64,000 bases of DNA from Geosiphon pyriformis uo1 (GCA_016748015.1 JAAOMT010000597.1:248001-312000); one strand, 5' to 3'; positions 23,516 to 36,765 are shown, counted from the first letter of the stretch. A program made the numbers and translations. The notes: generated by a model from the sequence alone, not told the origin.

Positions 23516-25053
23516 GACTGATAAACAGTGGCTTCAATTAGGGGATCCTTTCCAAAAAAATTAATGTTGGCATGATTGGGTCTTTGATTGGGGACATTGT
23601 TGTTGGGTCTGTTGTTTTGGTTGTCATTGTTTCTGGGAGCTGGAGAAGACAGTGGAGGATTGTTGCAATCTCTGGAGAAATGTCCAGTTAATTCACATCT
23701 ATAACACACAGGAGGGCCACGATTTTGCTGTCTTTGGTAAGGGGGTTGCTGGAGCTAATTAAAATGGTTTTCAAATCTGGGTCTTTGTGGTTGCTGGTTA
23801 TCTCTGACTGCTTGGGCTAATGGTTCTAATAGCCAAGCAAGATTTGCTGTAAGTCTATCTATTAATTGTTTATTTGGGTCTTGTGTCTGGGCAGCAAAAG
23901 AAGTAGTGGCCATTTGAGGAGTAGGAGCCATAACAAGAGCAGAAGCAAAAACTGAAAGTGTGGATCCCAAATGCATTCTTTGATTGTCTTCAATTCTTTG
24001 GGCAAGTTCAATGGTCATATCCATGGTAAGATTATTTTTTAAAGCCAAGAGAGGCCAAAAAGCATACGATAGATCAGTTTTCAATCCTTTTGTAAAGGAG
24101 TGAATCTTTTGCTCTTCAGTCCAGTTTCTACCAGAGTTTACATGCTTGATGAGTTTTCTGATTGCTTTGGTATATTCGGTCACAATTTCACCAGAACTTT
24201 GGGTTCTTCTTTCTAATTCCATACACCATTTGGATATTAAGATAGGAGTTCTGAATTTGTTTTCAAACTGGGTAGTGAAAGAGGTATTGTTTTCTCTGAT
24301 ATTTGCTGGGGTCCATCTAACAATTCTTTGTTGAGCACCAGCATTGGTTTCTTGTGAAAACCAGATAGCAGAGGAGCCTTGGAGGTAGCCACCAATGATT
24401 TGGAACTTGTATTCATCATTATACTGGTTGACTGTAGCAGCTCTCTTAAAGTCATCCAACTATTCAATTGGATCTTGGGCATCACCTTTGAATAATGGTA
24501 ATGGGGTGTTGTTTCTTCACCCTAAAGCAGTCTGTATATCTTGGAGGGCAATCAAAATTTTTTGTTGCAGAGGGTCTTGAGCCATTGGTTCAGGTGTAAT
24601 TGTTTGTGTGAAGTGTTCTGATTCATTTGAAAAAAGATCAAAAACAGAAGCAGTTTGATAGCTTTCTTCTTCTGTTTCAAGAAAAGTTTCTGTTGATTGA
24701 TGAGCAGCAATCCAAATGTGGATTTGATGATTCAGATATTCAAAATCAGGGAGTTGTTGTTCAAAGGTTGCAGAATATAAAAGCTGATTGATACTATTGT
24801 TTCTTTTTTCAAAATTGTCTTCAAAATAAGCTTGGTCAAAATAATAGATTGTATAAGCTGTGTAGGTTTCAGCTGAATGCTCGTTCAGGAACCAGTTCCA
24901 AAAGTCTTAGAATTGTTTGCTGGATTGTTTCCCAATGGGAAAGCAGATCAAGCAAGAGAGCAGAGGATTAAGTTCAATAAAATCTAGGTCGTTTCTGTTG
25001 TGTGCTGCAAAGTGTTCTTTTGATTGCTATGACAGATATGAGTAATCACTCAT
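23503..25053 (-). pseudogene. gag: B2 gag
   Basis: ATG at 25053. Capsid-like LPLFKGDAQDPIE.LDDF...KIHSFTKGL. Zinc knuckle CYRCELTGHFSRDC. Stop TAG at 23503-23505. Confidence 0.88.
23509..23515 (-). promoter_or_regulatory. -1 ribosomal frameshift slippery site U UUA AAC (also B3 51373-51379)
   Basis: Correctly phased X XXY YYZ heptamer just before the gag stop (one codon, TGG, between). The -1 frame continues into the protease ORF. A downstream CACCT...GGGTG stem is present. Confidence 0.8.
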
Positions 25054-25080
25054 ACAATGAGGGAATAAGTGAATTTTGAC

Positions 25081-25099
25081 AACCTCACAGGAAGCACCA
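25081..25099 (-). other. Primer-binding site of B2, probably elongator tRNA-Met
   Basis: TGGTGCTTCCTGTGAGGTT is complementary to a tRNA 3' end AACCUCAC-AGGAAGC-A-CCA. A CUCAC T-stem is typical of elongator tRNA-Met. It lies 6 nt from the LTR. Confidence 0.8.
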
Positions 25100-25105
25100 C
25101 TTTTA

Positions 25106-25760
25106 TGTTACAGGTTGGAGTAACAAGCTAACGGATAGCAAGGGAGAACAGGATTGTAAGGTGATGGAAATAATCAAAGGAGAATTCAACTTTAAAGAGC
25201 GAATTGAATGAGTATGGATTCAATGTGCAAGATCAGTCTCATAAAATATCTCAGTTGCTATTCTTTTTAAAGGTAACTGGGGAATCTGAAGATAGAGGGA
25301 TAGTCCGTACTGTCAACAATTAATTACCACTGGTATAATTCTATGCCTTACATTGGTGCTCTTAGAATTCAATATCAGGTATCAACTTGTGCTTTTCAGT
25401 CATGTTTATTCAAATAATCTTTAAATGCTACAATTATATATGTCAGGAAAAGGCCAACAAGTAATCTTTTATTCTAAGATGTTCGGATACTTGAAGGTAG
25501 AAAAAAGGAAATTAGTGATAAAAGAGTGATTAAGATGAAAGTTGTTATTTTTATTTATTTGATTCTTGTCTGAGAGATGATTTTCTACAGCTAAGAGACT
25601 TATTGCTTATATAGCTATTGAAAGTGGTCAACAATCAGGTCAACAGTCAGGTCATTAATCAGGTCAATAATCACTATCTAAAAATAGAGTGGCTAATTAT
25701 ATGACATCAGTGGCTAATATATATAATAACTAATAAAAATTATGGGTTTCAACCATAATA
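25106..25760 (-). repeat. B2 5' LTR (655 bp)
   Basis: Partner of 18099-18777. It is 24 bp shorter, equal to two 12-bp U3 units. Confidence 0.94.
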
Positions 25761-26840
25761 ATATTACTATTACCAATTGCCAATTTTGTTAAATGTAAAT
25801 AATTCTTGGTCTTAAATTTCTGGATATTTAAGCTGAATTTTGTAGTGGTGTTTGAATTGTGATCAGTTGATAAATTATTGATGACTGCTAAGATTGATAA
25901 ATAACTGGTGCTGGAGTTTAATATATTGGTAATACATATATCTGCTGCTACATCATCAGTAGATAATTTGGTTAATAAAGTTTTTAATTTGGATAATAAT
26001 TTGGAGTTTGAAACTGGTGATCAGGGTTTCAATATTGATTTCTTGATTATTGGTTATTTAATCTTAATCAGCAGTCTATTTTTAAATGTTCTTATTTATT
26101 ATAGTAATAGTAGACATATGTCTTTTGCTGCCATTGTTGATTTGATAAGAATGGACACAACTGATTTTGGAATCAATTAGAGCTTTTTTAATTATTGCAC
26201 TATTGTGGAGGTTGATAAATAGTCTGATTGTTAACTAAGTATCCTTTCAATTTTTGATTAATTGAGTTGCTGAATTGTTTTAACTTTAAATCCAAGTCAA
26301 ATAATTTGTTTATCACTAAATTTACAGCTTGGGTGTGATTGGCTTTTAGTTTAACTAATTTAAAGTTTCTGACATGAATAACTGTGGCTTGAAAGTTGGC
26401 TGAATATAATAAACATATATGTTGTAGAATATTACTGCATAATCTACAAATAAACTGATTCAAAATTTGTGCTACTGTGAAATAATCAGTATTAATAATT
26501 TGAATTTAATACAGATTATAATGGAAGCATTTTAAGTATGTAATAACAGCTTTAGTCTCTTTTTGTTTAATAGTGATAAAAATATTTGTCAATCAATTAA
26601 TGCTGTCATTATTACTAAAATATCTTAAAAATTCAATCTTAAAATTATTGAAAGTTTGAAATTTCTGTGTTAAGCTTTGATATTATGAATTAGTAATATC
26701 TTGCAAAAAATATAAGATTGTCTGAAAAGCTCTAATGTCATCTTAATTATTAGCCGTAATTGCTTTGGTAATGTCATTTAGCCAAGCTTGGGCATCATTC
26801 TCTTTATCAGTAAACTTTTTTAATTTGGCAATTGGTGTAT

Positions 26841-27520
26841 TGTTACTCATAAAATATAGGAATTATATATTAATACATAAATTAGCCAATCAGAATAGAC
26901 ATAATAAAAGTGAAATTCCAGAATTCCTCTCAGAAGAATTGCAGAATTCCAAAATTACAGGATTCTTATAGAAGGAATTCCAGGATTTCTGAATTCCAGG
27001 ATTTCTCTCGAGAAATTATAGAATTCCAAAAATTTCAGAATTCTTGGCTAAGAGAATTAAGAAATTCAAAGAATTTTGTACAATGAAATTTATGTATATA
27101 TAATAGTAGTATTAGAAACAGAAAAGACAGAATTCTTAGTTTAAAATCTTCAAGTCCAATTTTCAATTCATTCTTTTATATAATAGTATTCTATAACTTG
27201 AAGTGAAAACATCAAATATCAATAAAAATATTTATTAAAAATCACAATTCATTTTTCCATTATTAACAATTTATGTTGATAATTGCTGATACTTAACTAC
27301 ATTGAACCAATAGCTCTTGATCATGACTATTAATGAAATACTAACTCTTTCTTGTCTGAACTTATCTCTTTATTTTTTTTTCATTATTTTTATTATTATT
27401 ATTATTTTTTTTATTATTATTATTTTGTTATTGATTTACTAATTGATTAAAAAATTAACACATGGAATACTGACATCAGAATATAGCATTGATAAAAGAT
27501 CCAAGAATAAAGATAGACAC
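26841..27520 (+). repeat. 5' part of an A-type LTR inserted in A2 gag and interrupted by A3
   Basis: Starts TGTTACTCAT, with CCAAT box, GAATTCC array and TATA. Breaks at 27521, where an opposite-strand LTR begins. Confidence 0.85.
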
Positions 27521-28320
27521 TGTTATAAGTGATTATTTAGGATCTTAAAACAAATAACAAATCTGTAACTTGGTGCTCAATAGCTAAATATGGTTAGTGA
27601 TATCTGAAAGTTTTGGTGAAGTTTTTTGTATAATAGACAGAAATTCAAAAGTTGTTTTATCCATTGCTTTTTGGAATTGCAATTCCATCAAATTTTTTTT
27701 TCAGTGTGATGGCCAGTAATTTTTTTGGTAAGCTATCCTTAATTTTTGAGTGTTTTACTCTTATTCCTGGATTTTTTACCAGTTACTTTGATGTTGATAA
27801 CTCTGCGCATTTAATCTTTAATCAATTAGTAAATAATAACAAAAATAAAATAAAAAAAGAAAAGAAAAGAAATAAAGAAATAAGCCAAAACAAAAAAAAG
27901 TTAGTATCTGTCAATAACCATAATCAAGAGTCATTGTTCCAGTGTAATCAAGTATAGAATGCTATTAATATGAAGTGTTAATAATAAAAAAAGTAATTTA
28001 GATAGTGATTAATATTGATAATTTTAACTAAAAAGTTTTAATGAAGAAGTTTTAGTATTGATTCTACTTAAAAATTTTGTCTTTTCTACTTCTAACATTC
28101 TTATTATATATACATAATTTGGGTTTTATAAGATCACTTACATTGCTGAGCAATGTGTCATAATTTTTTAATATTGCTTTATATTGCTGAACAATATGCT
28201 GTAATTTCTAATAATGCTCTACATTGTTAAGCAATATGCTCACATGTTAACTACTATTTTTCTATTGGTTTATCTGTTTTTTCTACTATTTTCTTGTATG
28301 CTTTTTTTTTATGAGTAATA
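27521..28320 (-). repeat. A3 3' LTR (800 bp)
   Basis: TGTTAT...GTAATA termini. U3 carries CACATTGCTGAGCAATGTG palindromic repeats, the same subfamily as the A5 LTRs. Confidence 0.88.
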
Positions 28321-29659
28321 TTATCTCTTTCTTTTAATATTAAGCTCTATTGAAATCTTTATTTTAAATTAGTTTTATGACTTTTTTTTCTAATATTGTT
28401 TGTTCAACTCTGCTTTTTATCTCTTTGATTTGTGAGTTGTTTATTCTCCTCTACTGATTAATGGTTATTGTTTCCATGTTAGAATGTAATAATATTTTTG
28501 GGTAGTTTTGAAATATTATGTGTAATCAATAGATTGTTCTAATATGTAGTGTCAAATTTGTTTTTTTTTCAATAATGTCTTCAATATTCTGTATTATCTT
28601 CTGATTGAATATTTTTTTGGCTTTATCACAATATAACTTCTGAATATTCAATTTTTGTCTTAACTAATAATAGCAGTATGGTATTAGAAGTTGTTTTATC
28701 TACTGTTTCTAATTTTTTTTTTGAAAGTTCTTTTGTTAAAACCATAATGAGTATTTTTCTAAAAGTGTTTTTTACTTTTTCTACTATCTTATTTGACCAG
28801 TTTTTTGTTTGGTTTTGGGGTCACTGATATGGTGTATTTTTTGTTTTTTTTTCTTATTTGGTGTTTTAATAACAGATTGTTTGGTAGTTGATAACAATTT
28901 CTATGTTTACTTGTTGTTGATTTAAGACCTGAAATAATTGTTAAGCTAAGATGTAGATATAATCTGGTATTTCCATTTTCTTTGTTGTTTTTGTCATATA
29001 TACTATGTTTTTATATACTTTTTTGGTTGATCAACTTGATGTGTTTGAATCAATGATTATAATTGGTTCTAGATCTTGTGAAATCTTATCTGGTTGAATT
29101 AGTATTTGTTGTACTTCCAATTGTAAAATATTATTGGTGAATGATAACATTGTATTGTAATATGGTTTTAATTGATTTCTATGTGCTGTTTTAGCTAAAA
29201 TTTTGTTGTTTCATCTTAGTTTATAAGTTCTATTTCCTAGAATTTCTTTAATGTGAAATGGTTCATCCTATTTGGGGTCAAATTTTCTATGCCATTGTTT
29301 TTCTGCTTTAGTATGATACAAAAGTACTTTGTCTCCAGTCCTAAATTTAACTGGCTTATCTGGTAATTAGTTATCATGTGGTTTTTTTTGTTTTTTTTTT
29401 AACCTTTAAATGTTATCAGCTACTTTTTGTCTTTTGTTTTTTAATGTTTCTATTAAGTTATATGTTCTTTTTAACAATGTTCTTTGGAAGTTGGGTTCTG
29501 TTATTGGTTTAGTTGAATATGTGTTGACTTTTTATCTCAACTGGTAAAGTTACTGTTCTACTATAAACAAGTTCAAATGGTGTTGCTTGTGTAATATCTT
29601 GTTTAATTGTCTGATAAGTAAATAATACTGATGGTATAAACAAATCTTATTCATTCTAA

Positions 29660-30468
29660 TGTTACTTATAAAATATAGGAATTAAATATTAGTACATAAA
29701 TTAGCCAATCAGAATAGACATAATAAAAGTAAAATTCCAGAATTCTTTTTAGAGAAATTGCAGAATTGCAGAATTACAGAATTCTCATATGAGAAATTAC
29801 AGAATTCTTGGAATTCTAGGATTTCTGGCTAGAGAATTGAGGAATTTAAAGAATCTTGTATAATATAAATTATATATATATAGTGAGAGTGTTAAAAACA
29901 GAAAAAGCAATTCCTAGAAAACTCAATAGAGTTTTATTAATTTAAAACAATTTCTTTTTTTTTCTATTTATTGACTCTTATTTCAAGAATAATTGCTATC
30001 AACCAAAATAGAATTATATAAATAAAATATCTTTTCAATTCTTTGAATCCATGTTATTATCCACTATTTAACCTGTTAACACAATAGCTCTTGATCATGA
30101 CTATTGACAGGATACTTATTTTTTATTTTTTATTTTATTTTTCTTTATTTCTTTATTTTTTTTTCTTTTATTTTTGTTTGTTAATTTACTAATTAATTAA
30201 AAGATTAACATGCAGAGTTATTAATGTCAAAGAGACTGGTAAAAGACTCATGAAACAAGAGTAGAACACTCATAATTAAGAATAGCTTACCAGAAAGATT
30301 ACTGATCATCACACTGAAAAAGAAATTTGATGGAATTGTGATTCCGGGAAGCTATAGATAAAACAACATTTAAATCTCTGTCTATTATACAAAAAACTCA
30401 ATCAAACCTTCAGATACAAACAACTTTCAAAAATTACTCAACAAATTACTTAAAAATTATCTGTAACA
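29660..30468 (+). repeat. Solo A-type LTR (809 bp) in the A3 integrase
   Basis: TGTTAC...TGTAACA termini. Flanks CTAA / CTGG (the uninterrupted site in A4 reads CTGG; the left copy is G>A decayed). Confidence 0.88.
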
Positions 30469-33400
30469 CTGGTTTTCTTGACTGATTTTGGCAATTGCTT
30501 CACACAATGTTTTGTTGAACCTTTCAACTAAACCATTTGTTTGTAAATAATATAGTGATGATAATGGTCTTTTGATTCTAAATCTTTGGCTTAATTTTGC
30601 TAATGTTCTGTTTACAAAATGCATTCTTTGATTTGATAACAATTTTTTTGAACATTTATGTCAACAAATCAGATCTTGATGAATGAATTTGGCTATGAAT
30701 TCTGCATTCACTCTTTGAATCACTTTTGTCTCTGGCCATTTGATGAAATAATCCATGATTACTACTATATAACAATTTCTTCTGCTAGTTATAGTTAATG
30801 GTCTGACTAAGTTAATATCAATTCTATCAAATAATTGTCCCACTTTAATTGGTCTTAGTGGCTTATTGAGTCTTGTTTCTTCTCTTTTCTAACAAGCATT
30901 ACAATTTTGAACATATTAAATAATGTCTGAATATATTAATGGCCAATAATATTTTTTTTTGGTTCTTTCCATAGTTGCTTCTTTATGAAAATATCCTGCT
31001 GTTAGATCTGAATGCATGTTGTATAGTATTGTTTTCTTCTCTGGTTCTGTGATTACTCTGAATGATTGATTTAAATCTTTTCTGTTTTTCTAATATAATA
31101 TATTTTTGTAAATAATAAAATATTTGGATTGTTGTTTTATGTTGTTTTGTTTTTTTTGAGATAATTTTTTCTTGAACTACTGGGTATTAATATAATGTTA
31201 AAGTTGTTGATATTTTTGTGTGTTCATTTTTTGTTATATTTTTAAGTTAGAATGTTTCTAGATTTGTTTTATTTGTAACAAACTGTTGGCATTTCTGTTT
31301 TTTTTTTTTTATAATATATTGTATATTTGAATAGTGAAAGTTTTATTTTTCATCTGACATGGCAGTTGTCTCCAAATTTTTGCTTCTGAATTGATGTCAA
31401 TTTTTTGTGATCAGTGTATATGTCAAATTTCTGGCTTAAGTATTTCTTTTATTTTATGACTGTTTAATAGATAGCTAAGTGTTTTAGTGTTGGTGTTTCA
31501 TAGTTTTTTTCTGCTAGACTTAAACTTCAGCTGGCATATATGACTGGATGTTTTTATTCATCTGGTCTTTTCTGAGATAGTACTGCTCCCAATGCTTAAC
31601 CAGATGTATTAGTAGTAATAATGAATGGCTTGTTGTGATTTGAATAAATCAATACTGGTGCTTGAATGAGCTTTCTTCTTAAAATATCGAAAGTTTTTTG
31701 TTGTTTTTCAGTCCATTCATATTTTATATTCTTGGCTTGAAGCTAGTAAAGTGGTTAAGCCAGTTTGGAGAAGTTTTAGATAAAGTGGCAGTAATATTTA
31801 GCAAATTCCAAAAATGCTCTTAATTCTGTGAGATTGGTTAATACTGAAAAGTTTTTGATAATTTCAATTTTGTCTGAATCTGTCTTGATTCTATTTTTGC
31901 TCACAATATGTCCTAAGAATTTTAGTTCTGTTTTGCCAAAGAAATACTTGTTTGTATTTAATTTTAATTCAGCTTGTTTTAGCCTTTCAAACACTTACTG
32001 TAGATGATGGAGATGATCATCAAATGTTTTTGAGAATACATTGGTATTGTCCAAATAAAAAACTACTGATTTTTATAGCAGTTCAGTATAAACAATTTTT
32101 ATCAGTCATTGAAATGTAGTTAGAGCATTGATTAACCCAAATGACATAATTTTAAATTCAAATTTTTTTTCTCTTGTGGTGAATGCAGTTTTTTTTTTGT
32201 TTTTTGGTTTCATAGCTACTTGTTAGTAATCATTATTCAAATCCAAAGTAAAAAACCATTTCTTCTCTTCAAAAGCATCGAATAATTCTTGGATTTGTGA
32301 CATTAAATAACTGTTTTTATGAATAACACTATTGAGTTTTTTGTAATCCATACAAAAGTGGATTTTTCTATTTTTTTTATATATTAGTACTACTGGTAAT
32401 AACCATGGGTTCATTGATGATTGAATTAATTTGCTGTTTAACATCCAGTTGATTTCTTGTTAAATGATTTCATGGCTTGTTGGTAATACTCTGTATGCTT
32501 TTTGTTTTATTGGCATCATATTTCCAGTTTTGATCTAATGCTGGATGATGTCAGTTCTGCCAAATTTATTTTCACTGGCAAAAATATCAGTGAAATTATT
32601 AAGTAGCATCTTGAGCTGTATTTGTTGAAGTAAATCTAAGTTTTCTAAGTTCATTTGTTTCAATTGTTCTGGTTGAAGCAAATAACATTTTTTTTGTCCA
32701 TATATTGTTTGTAATTTGATATTTACATATCTACACAGTTGTAGAAAATTTGGAATGGTGCTTAATGGTTGGTCCTAAACTTCAGTGCTTAAATATCTGA
32801 TGGTAATTCCACTTGGTATTTTGATGGTGTCTTTAGTTGTATTGTGAATGGAAATTTTGATGTGTTTGGGGCTTTTGGCTGGTATATAAAGATTGGTGAG
32901 TTTAATCTTTCCTGATTTGCAAATTGTAGTTTTTACTTCAAAAATTTGAGTCTAATCTTTCACTTTTTTTTCTATGATTAATATGTACTGGTTATATAGT
33001 AGAATAAAAATTGATTGATGGGTGGAGATAATTTCTCTCTTGTCAATAGCTTTTTCCTTTGCCATATTAACTGGTATATCTATTCTATTCATAGATCTAA
33101 ATTTATTTATTCCTCTTGCTATTATTTCTAACTCTTTTTTTTTTCTCACTAATACTAACTGAGCTATTTTAACTAGAAGCAGGAATATTGTTTGTGCTAT
33201 CTTTTTGTTTGGCTCAATGATGTAAGTTTTTTTAGAATCATTTTGTAGCATTGTAATGATATTTTTTACATATTTTGCATTAATTATTCCTCCTTTTATA
33301 TTAATTCCTTTTTTTGCTAAACTACTTTTAGATGCTAGTTGAATTATTGTTGTTGCTGAGATTTTTAGTACTACTTTTAGATCAATGTAGATGTATGAAT

Positions 33401-33700
33401 ATGATTCCAATTTAATGACATCTTTTTTTGGATATCTTAGATCAAATCTGGCATCAGTATTATGTACATGTTCTAATATAATATCTTCATTATTATTACT
33501 AAACTATTTGAGTTTTTGCTTTTTTAAAAGATTAAAGAGTGCAATATATTGTTCTGAGTTTGAATTGGAGTTTGAATCTTTGTTGTTATTATTGTCAATT
33601 TAAACAGAACTAGAACCATTATTATTATTGTTATTGTCAAAATTTGAATCAGAATTGAATTTTAATTTTGATTCTGCTGCACACTTGTCAATTGATCCGT

Positions 33701-34685
33701 TGTTATAAGTGGTGTCTTTGGGGTTCTAAGTAAATAATAAACCTGTAACTTGGTGCTCAAAGCAATTAGTGCAGATGATAATCTGAAGGTATTTTATCTG
33801 AAGGTTTTCCAATCGAGTTCTTTGTATAATGAACAGAGATTTAATAGTAACAGTTTATTAGTAGTTTTCTGAAACCGTAGTTTTGTCAATTGCTTGTTCA
33901 GTTTGATGATTGATAATTCTCCTAGTATGATATTCTCTGTAAGTGTATACCAGTGCTGTTTCCTGACATCAGTTCCTCTGTAAGTCCTCTAAGAGTAAGT
34001 ATTGTTTAAGTAAGTTTTATTCTTTCATAAGTTCTCCAAGAGTAAATATTGTTTAAGTAAGTTTTATTCCTCTGTAAGTTCTCTAAGAGTAAGTATTGTT
34101 TAAGTAAGTTTTATTCCTTCATAAGTTCTCTAAGAGTAAGTATTGTTTAAGTAAGTCTTATTCCTCCATAAGTCTTCTAAGAGTAAATCCTTTAATCAAG
34201 TTAGTAGACAACACCGAAAATAAAGAAAAGATAAAAGAGAAAAATAAGAAATAAGCCAAAGCAATTTGCAAGTTAGCATTCCGTTAATAGCCGTGATCAA
34301 GAGCTATTGTTCCAGTATAGTTAAGTATCAGTTATTATCAACATGAAGTGTTAATAGTGAAGAATGAATTTAATATAGTGAATAATTATTTATTTAAGGA
34401 TTGTGGTAACTAAGCTAAGGATTCTTGGTATCAATTCTGTCTTTTCTGCTTCTAATGCTACTGCTATATATACATATTTGAGATTCCTTAATTTTTTAAT
34501 TCCTTGTGACAGGAATTCTGAGATTCCTAGAATCTTGCAATTTCTGATGAGAGGAATCCTGGAATTCTGGAATCTTGCAATTCCTCTGAAAGAAATCCTA
34601 GAATTCCACATTTACTATGTTTACTTCTGATTGGCTAATCTCTACTTGCTAATAATAATATACTTCCTTTATTCTATGAGTAATA
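33701..34685 (-). repeat. A4 3' LTR (985 bp)
   Basis: Aligns with 43139-44105. Confidence 0.93.
33981..34188. repeat. 47-bp minisatellite, ~4.4 units, in the A4 LTR (also ~43419-43626)
   Basis: Unit TAAGTCCTCTAAGAGTAAGTATTGTTTAAGTAAGTTTTATTCCTCCA. Confidence 0.9.
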
Positions 34686-34698
34686 TTATTCTCTCCTT

Positions 34699-35328
34699 TT
34701 AATATTGAGCTTTGTCGAAATCTAATTTTTTTAATTTTCCCTCTTGAATTATTTCTTGAACTTCTTTTTCGAGTATTACTTGTGTTATTTGAGTTTGTAG
34801 TTCTTCAAATTGGGTGTTGGTCATTTTCCCCAATTGATTACTCATAACTATATCTATTGCTGTGTTGAGTAAAATTTCTGGTTGGTTTTAAAATCCCATA
34901 TATAGCCAGTAAATGGCTCGAGCTTGTGTAGTTAGATTGTTTTTTCCCACAAATTGTTCCAGTTGTCTCAGTATTGTTGTGTTAAATAACCATTTTGTTT
35001 TGTCGGTGTACAAATTCTGGATATTTACATGTTGTCCCAAGTGAAAATAACAATAGTTTTTCGGAAATTGTTGTGTCCACCAAGTCCAAGTTTCTTTAGT
35101 AAGTTCTTAGTGTAATCTAACTATTTGTTGTTTTTTCATGGCCAATTTTACCTTGGTCATAATTTTGTTAACAACATTTTCGAATTTTCTCTGTACTTTG
35201 TGTTGTGGTATCTTTGCAGTACTTTTGTATCGAATGGTTTGTTAATTGATTGTAATTTTTATCTCCTGGTGTTAGATTAATTGAAAGATTTGTTGTGCTA
35301 ATAAATAGATGTTGTCAGTAATTTTTAT
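34699..35328 (-). pseudogene. A4 ORF3 (unknown protein)
   Basis: Same 630-nt span as A1 ORF3. ...NYCYFHLGQ...QARAIY...DFDKAQY*. Start codon decayed ATG>ATA. Confidence 0.78.
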
Positions 35329-35382
35329 TTTTCTGCATTTTTCTGTCATGTCCACCATGCCTTTATATATTTTTTCTGTCAA

Positions 35383-36765
35383 TCAATTGAATGTGTTGTT
35401 ATCAATGATGATGATTGGTTCCAGATTTTGTGGAATTTCATCTGGTTGGATTAGTATTCTCTGTACTCCCAGTTGTGGAATATTACTGGTGGATGATGAT
35501 GCTATATGGTAGTATGATTTCAGTCAATCTCTATGTGCTGCTTTGGTCAAGATTTTGTTATTCAATCTTAATTTGTAAGCTCCATTTCCTAGAATTTCTT
35601 CTATGTAAAATGGTCTGTCCCATTTGGGGTTAAATTTTCCACTCCATTGTTTTTCCACTTTGGTATGATATAGTAGTACTTTGTTTCCAATCTTGAATTC
35701 AACTGGTTTATCTGGTAGTTGGTTATTATGTCTTTCTTTTTGTTTCTCTTGTGACTTTTGTATGTTATCAGCTGCTCTCTGTTGTTTGTTTTCTAATGTT
35801 TCTATTAAGTCATATGTTCTTTTCAACAATGTGTTTTTGAAATTCACTTCTGTTATTGGTTTGGTTGGGTATGTGCTGACTTCTATTTCCACTGGTAGTA
35901 TTGCTATTCTACCATATACTAATTCAAATGGTGTTGCTTGTGTAGTATTTTGCTTCATTGTTCAATAAGCAAATAGTACTGATGATATCAACAAATCCCA
36001 ATCGTTCTGGTTTTCTTGGCTGAGCTTAGCTATTGCTTTACACAATGTTCTGTTGAATCTTTCGACTAATCCGTTGGTTTGTGGATGATATGATGATGAT
36101 AATGGTCTTTTAATTCCGAATCTTTGGTTCAATTCTGTTAATGTTCTGTTCACAAAATGAGTTCCTTGGTTTGATAATAATTCTTTTGGACATTCATGTC
36201 AACAAATTAAATCCTGATGAACAAATTTGGCAATGGATTCTGCATCTGCTCTTTGAATTGTTTTCACCTCTGGCCATTTAATAAGATAGTCCATGGCTAC
36301 TGCTATGTATCTGTTTCCTCTGCTGGTAATTGTTAATGGTTCAACTAAATCAATTCCAATACGGTCGAATAGTTGTCTCACTTTGATTGGTTTTAATGAT
36401 TTACTGGGTTTTGTTCCTCCTCTTTGCTGACAAGCATCACAATTTTGAATATATTGGATAATGTCTGGATACATTGATGGCCAATAGTATTTTTTTTTGG
36501 TTCTTTCCATGGTTGCTTCTTTGTGAAAATAACCAGCTGTTGGATTTGAGTGTATGTTGAATAATATTGTTTCTTTTTCTAGTTCTGTAACTACTCTGAT
36601 TGGTTGATCTAGATCTCTTCTATTTTTCTGATAAAGTATATTTTGGTGAGTGATAAAATATTTTGATTGTTGTTTGATACTCTTTCGTTCCATTTGAAAT
36701 AAATTCTTCTTGAACTGTTGAGTGTTTATATAATGTTGAAGTTGTTGATATTTTTGTATGTTCAT
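35383..36765 (-). pseudogene. int: A4 stand-alone integrase ORF
   Basis: ORFs 36199-36765, 35962-36153 and 35524-35958. Same 1383-nt length as the A1 integrase. Confidence 0.9.

Larger units (their letters stand above)
18099..25760 (-). mobile_element. Family B copy B2, structurally complete (7662 bp), TSD ATAT
   Basis: Two LTRs (18099-18777, 25106-25760), PBS, PPT, and ATAT on both flanks. Confidence 0.96.
12666..26840 (-). mobile_element. Family A copy A2, heavily decayed basal layer; own sequence at 12666-15308, 16313-18098 and 25761-26840
   Basis: Segments read integrase N-terminus, RH, RT, dUTPase, Cys-rich domain, PR, gag, and join exactly across the TSD-bounded insertions. Confidence 0.88.

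Noticed and set aside
25081-25099. tRNA-like sequence ending in CCA
   Set aside because: Only ~19 nt of a tRNA 3' end next to an LTR; it is a PBS, not a tRNA gene.
33981-34188. Regular repeats resembling a CRISPR array
   Set aside because: Head-to-tail tandem units with no unique spacers, no cas genes, and located inside a eukaryotic LTR.
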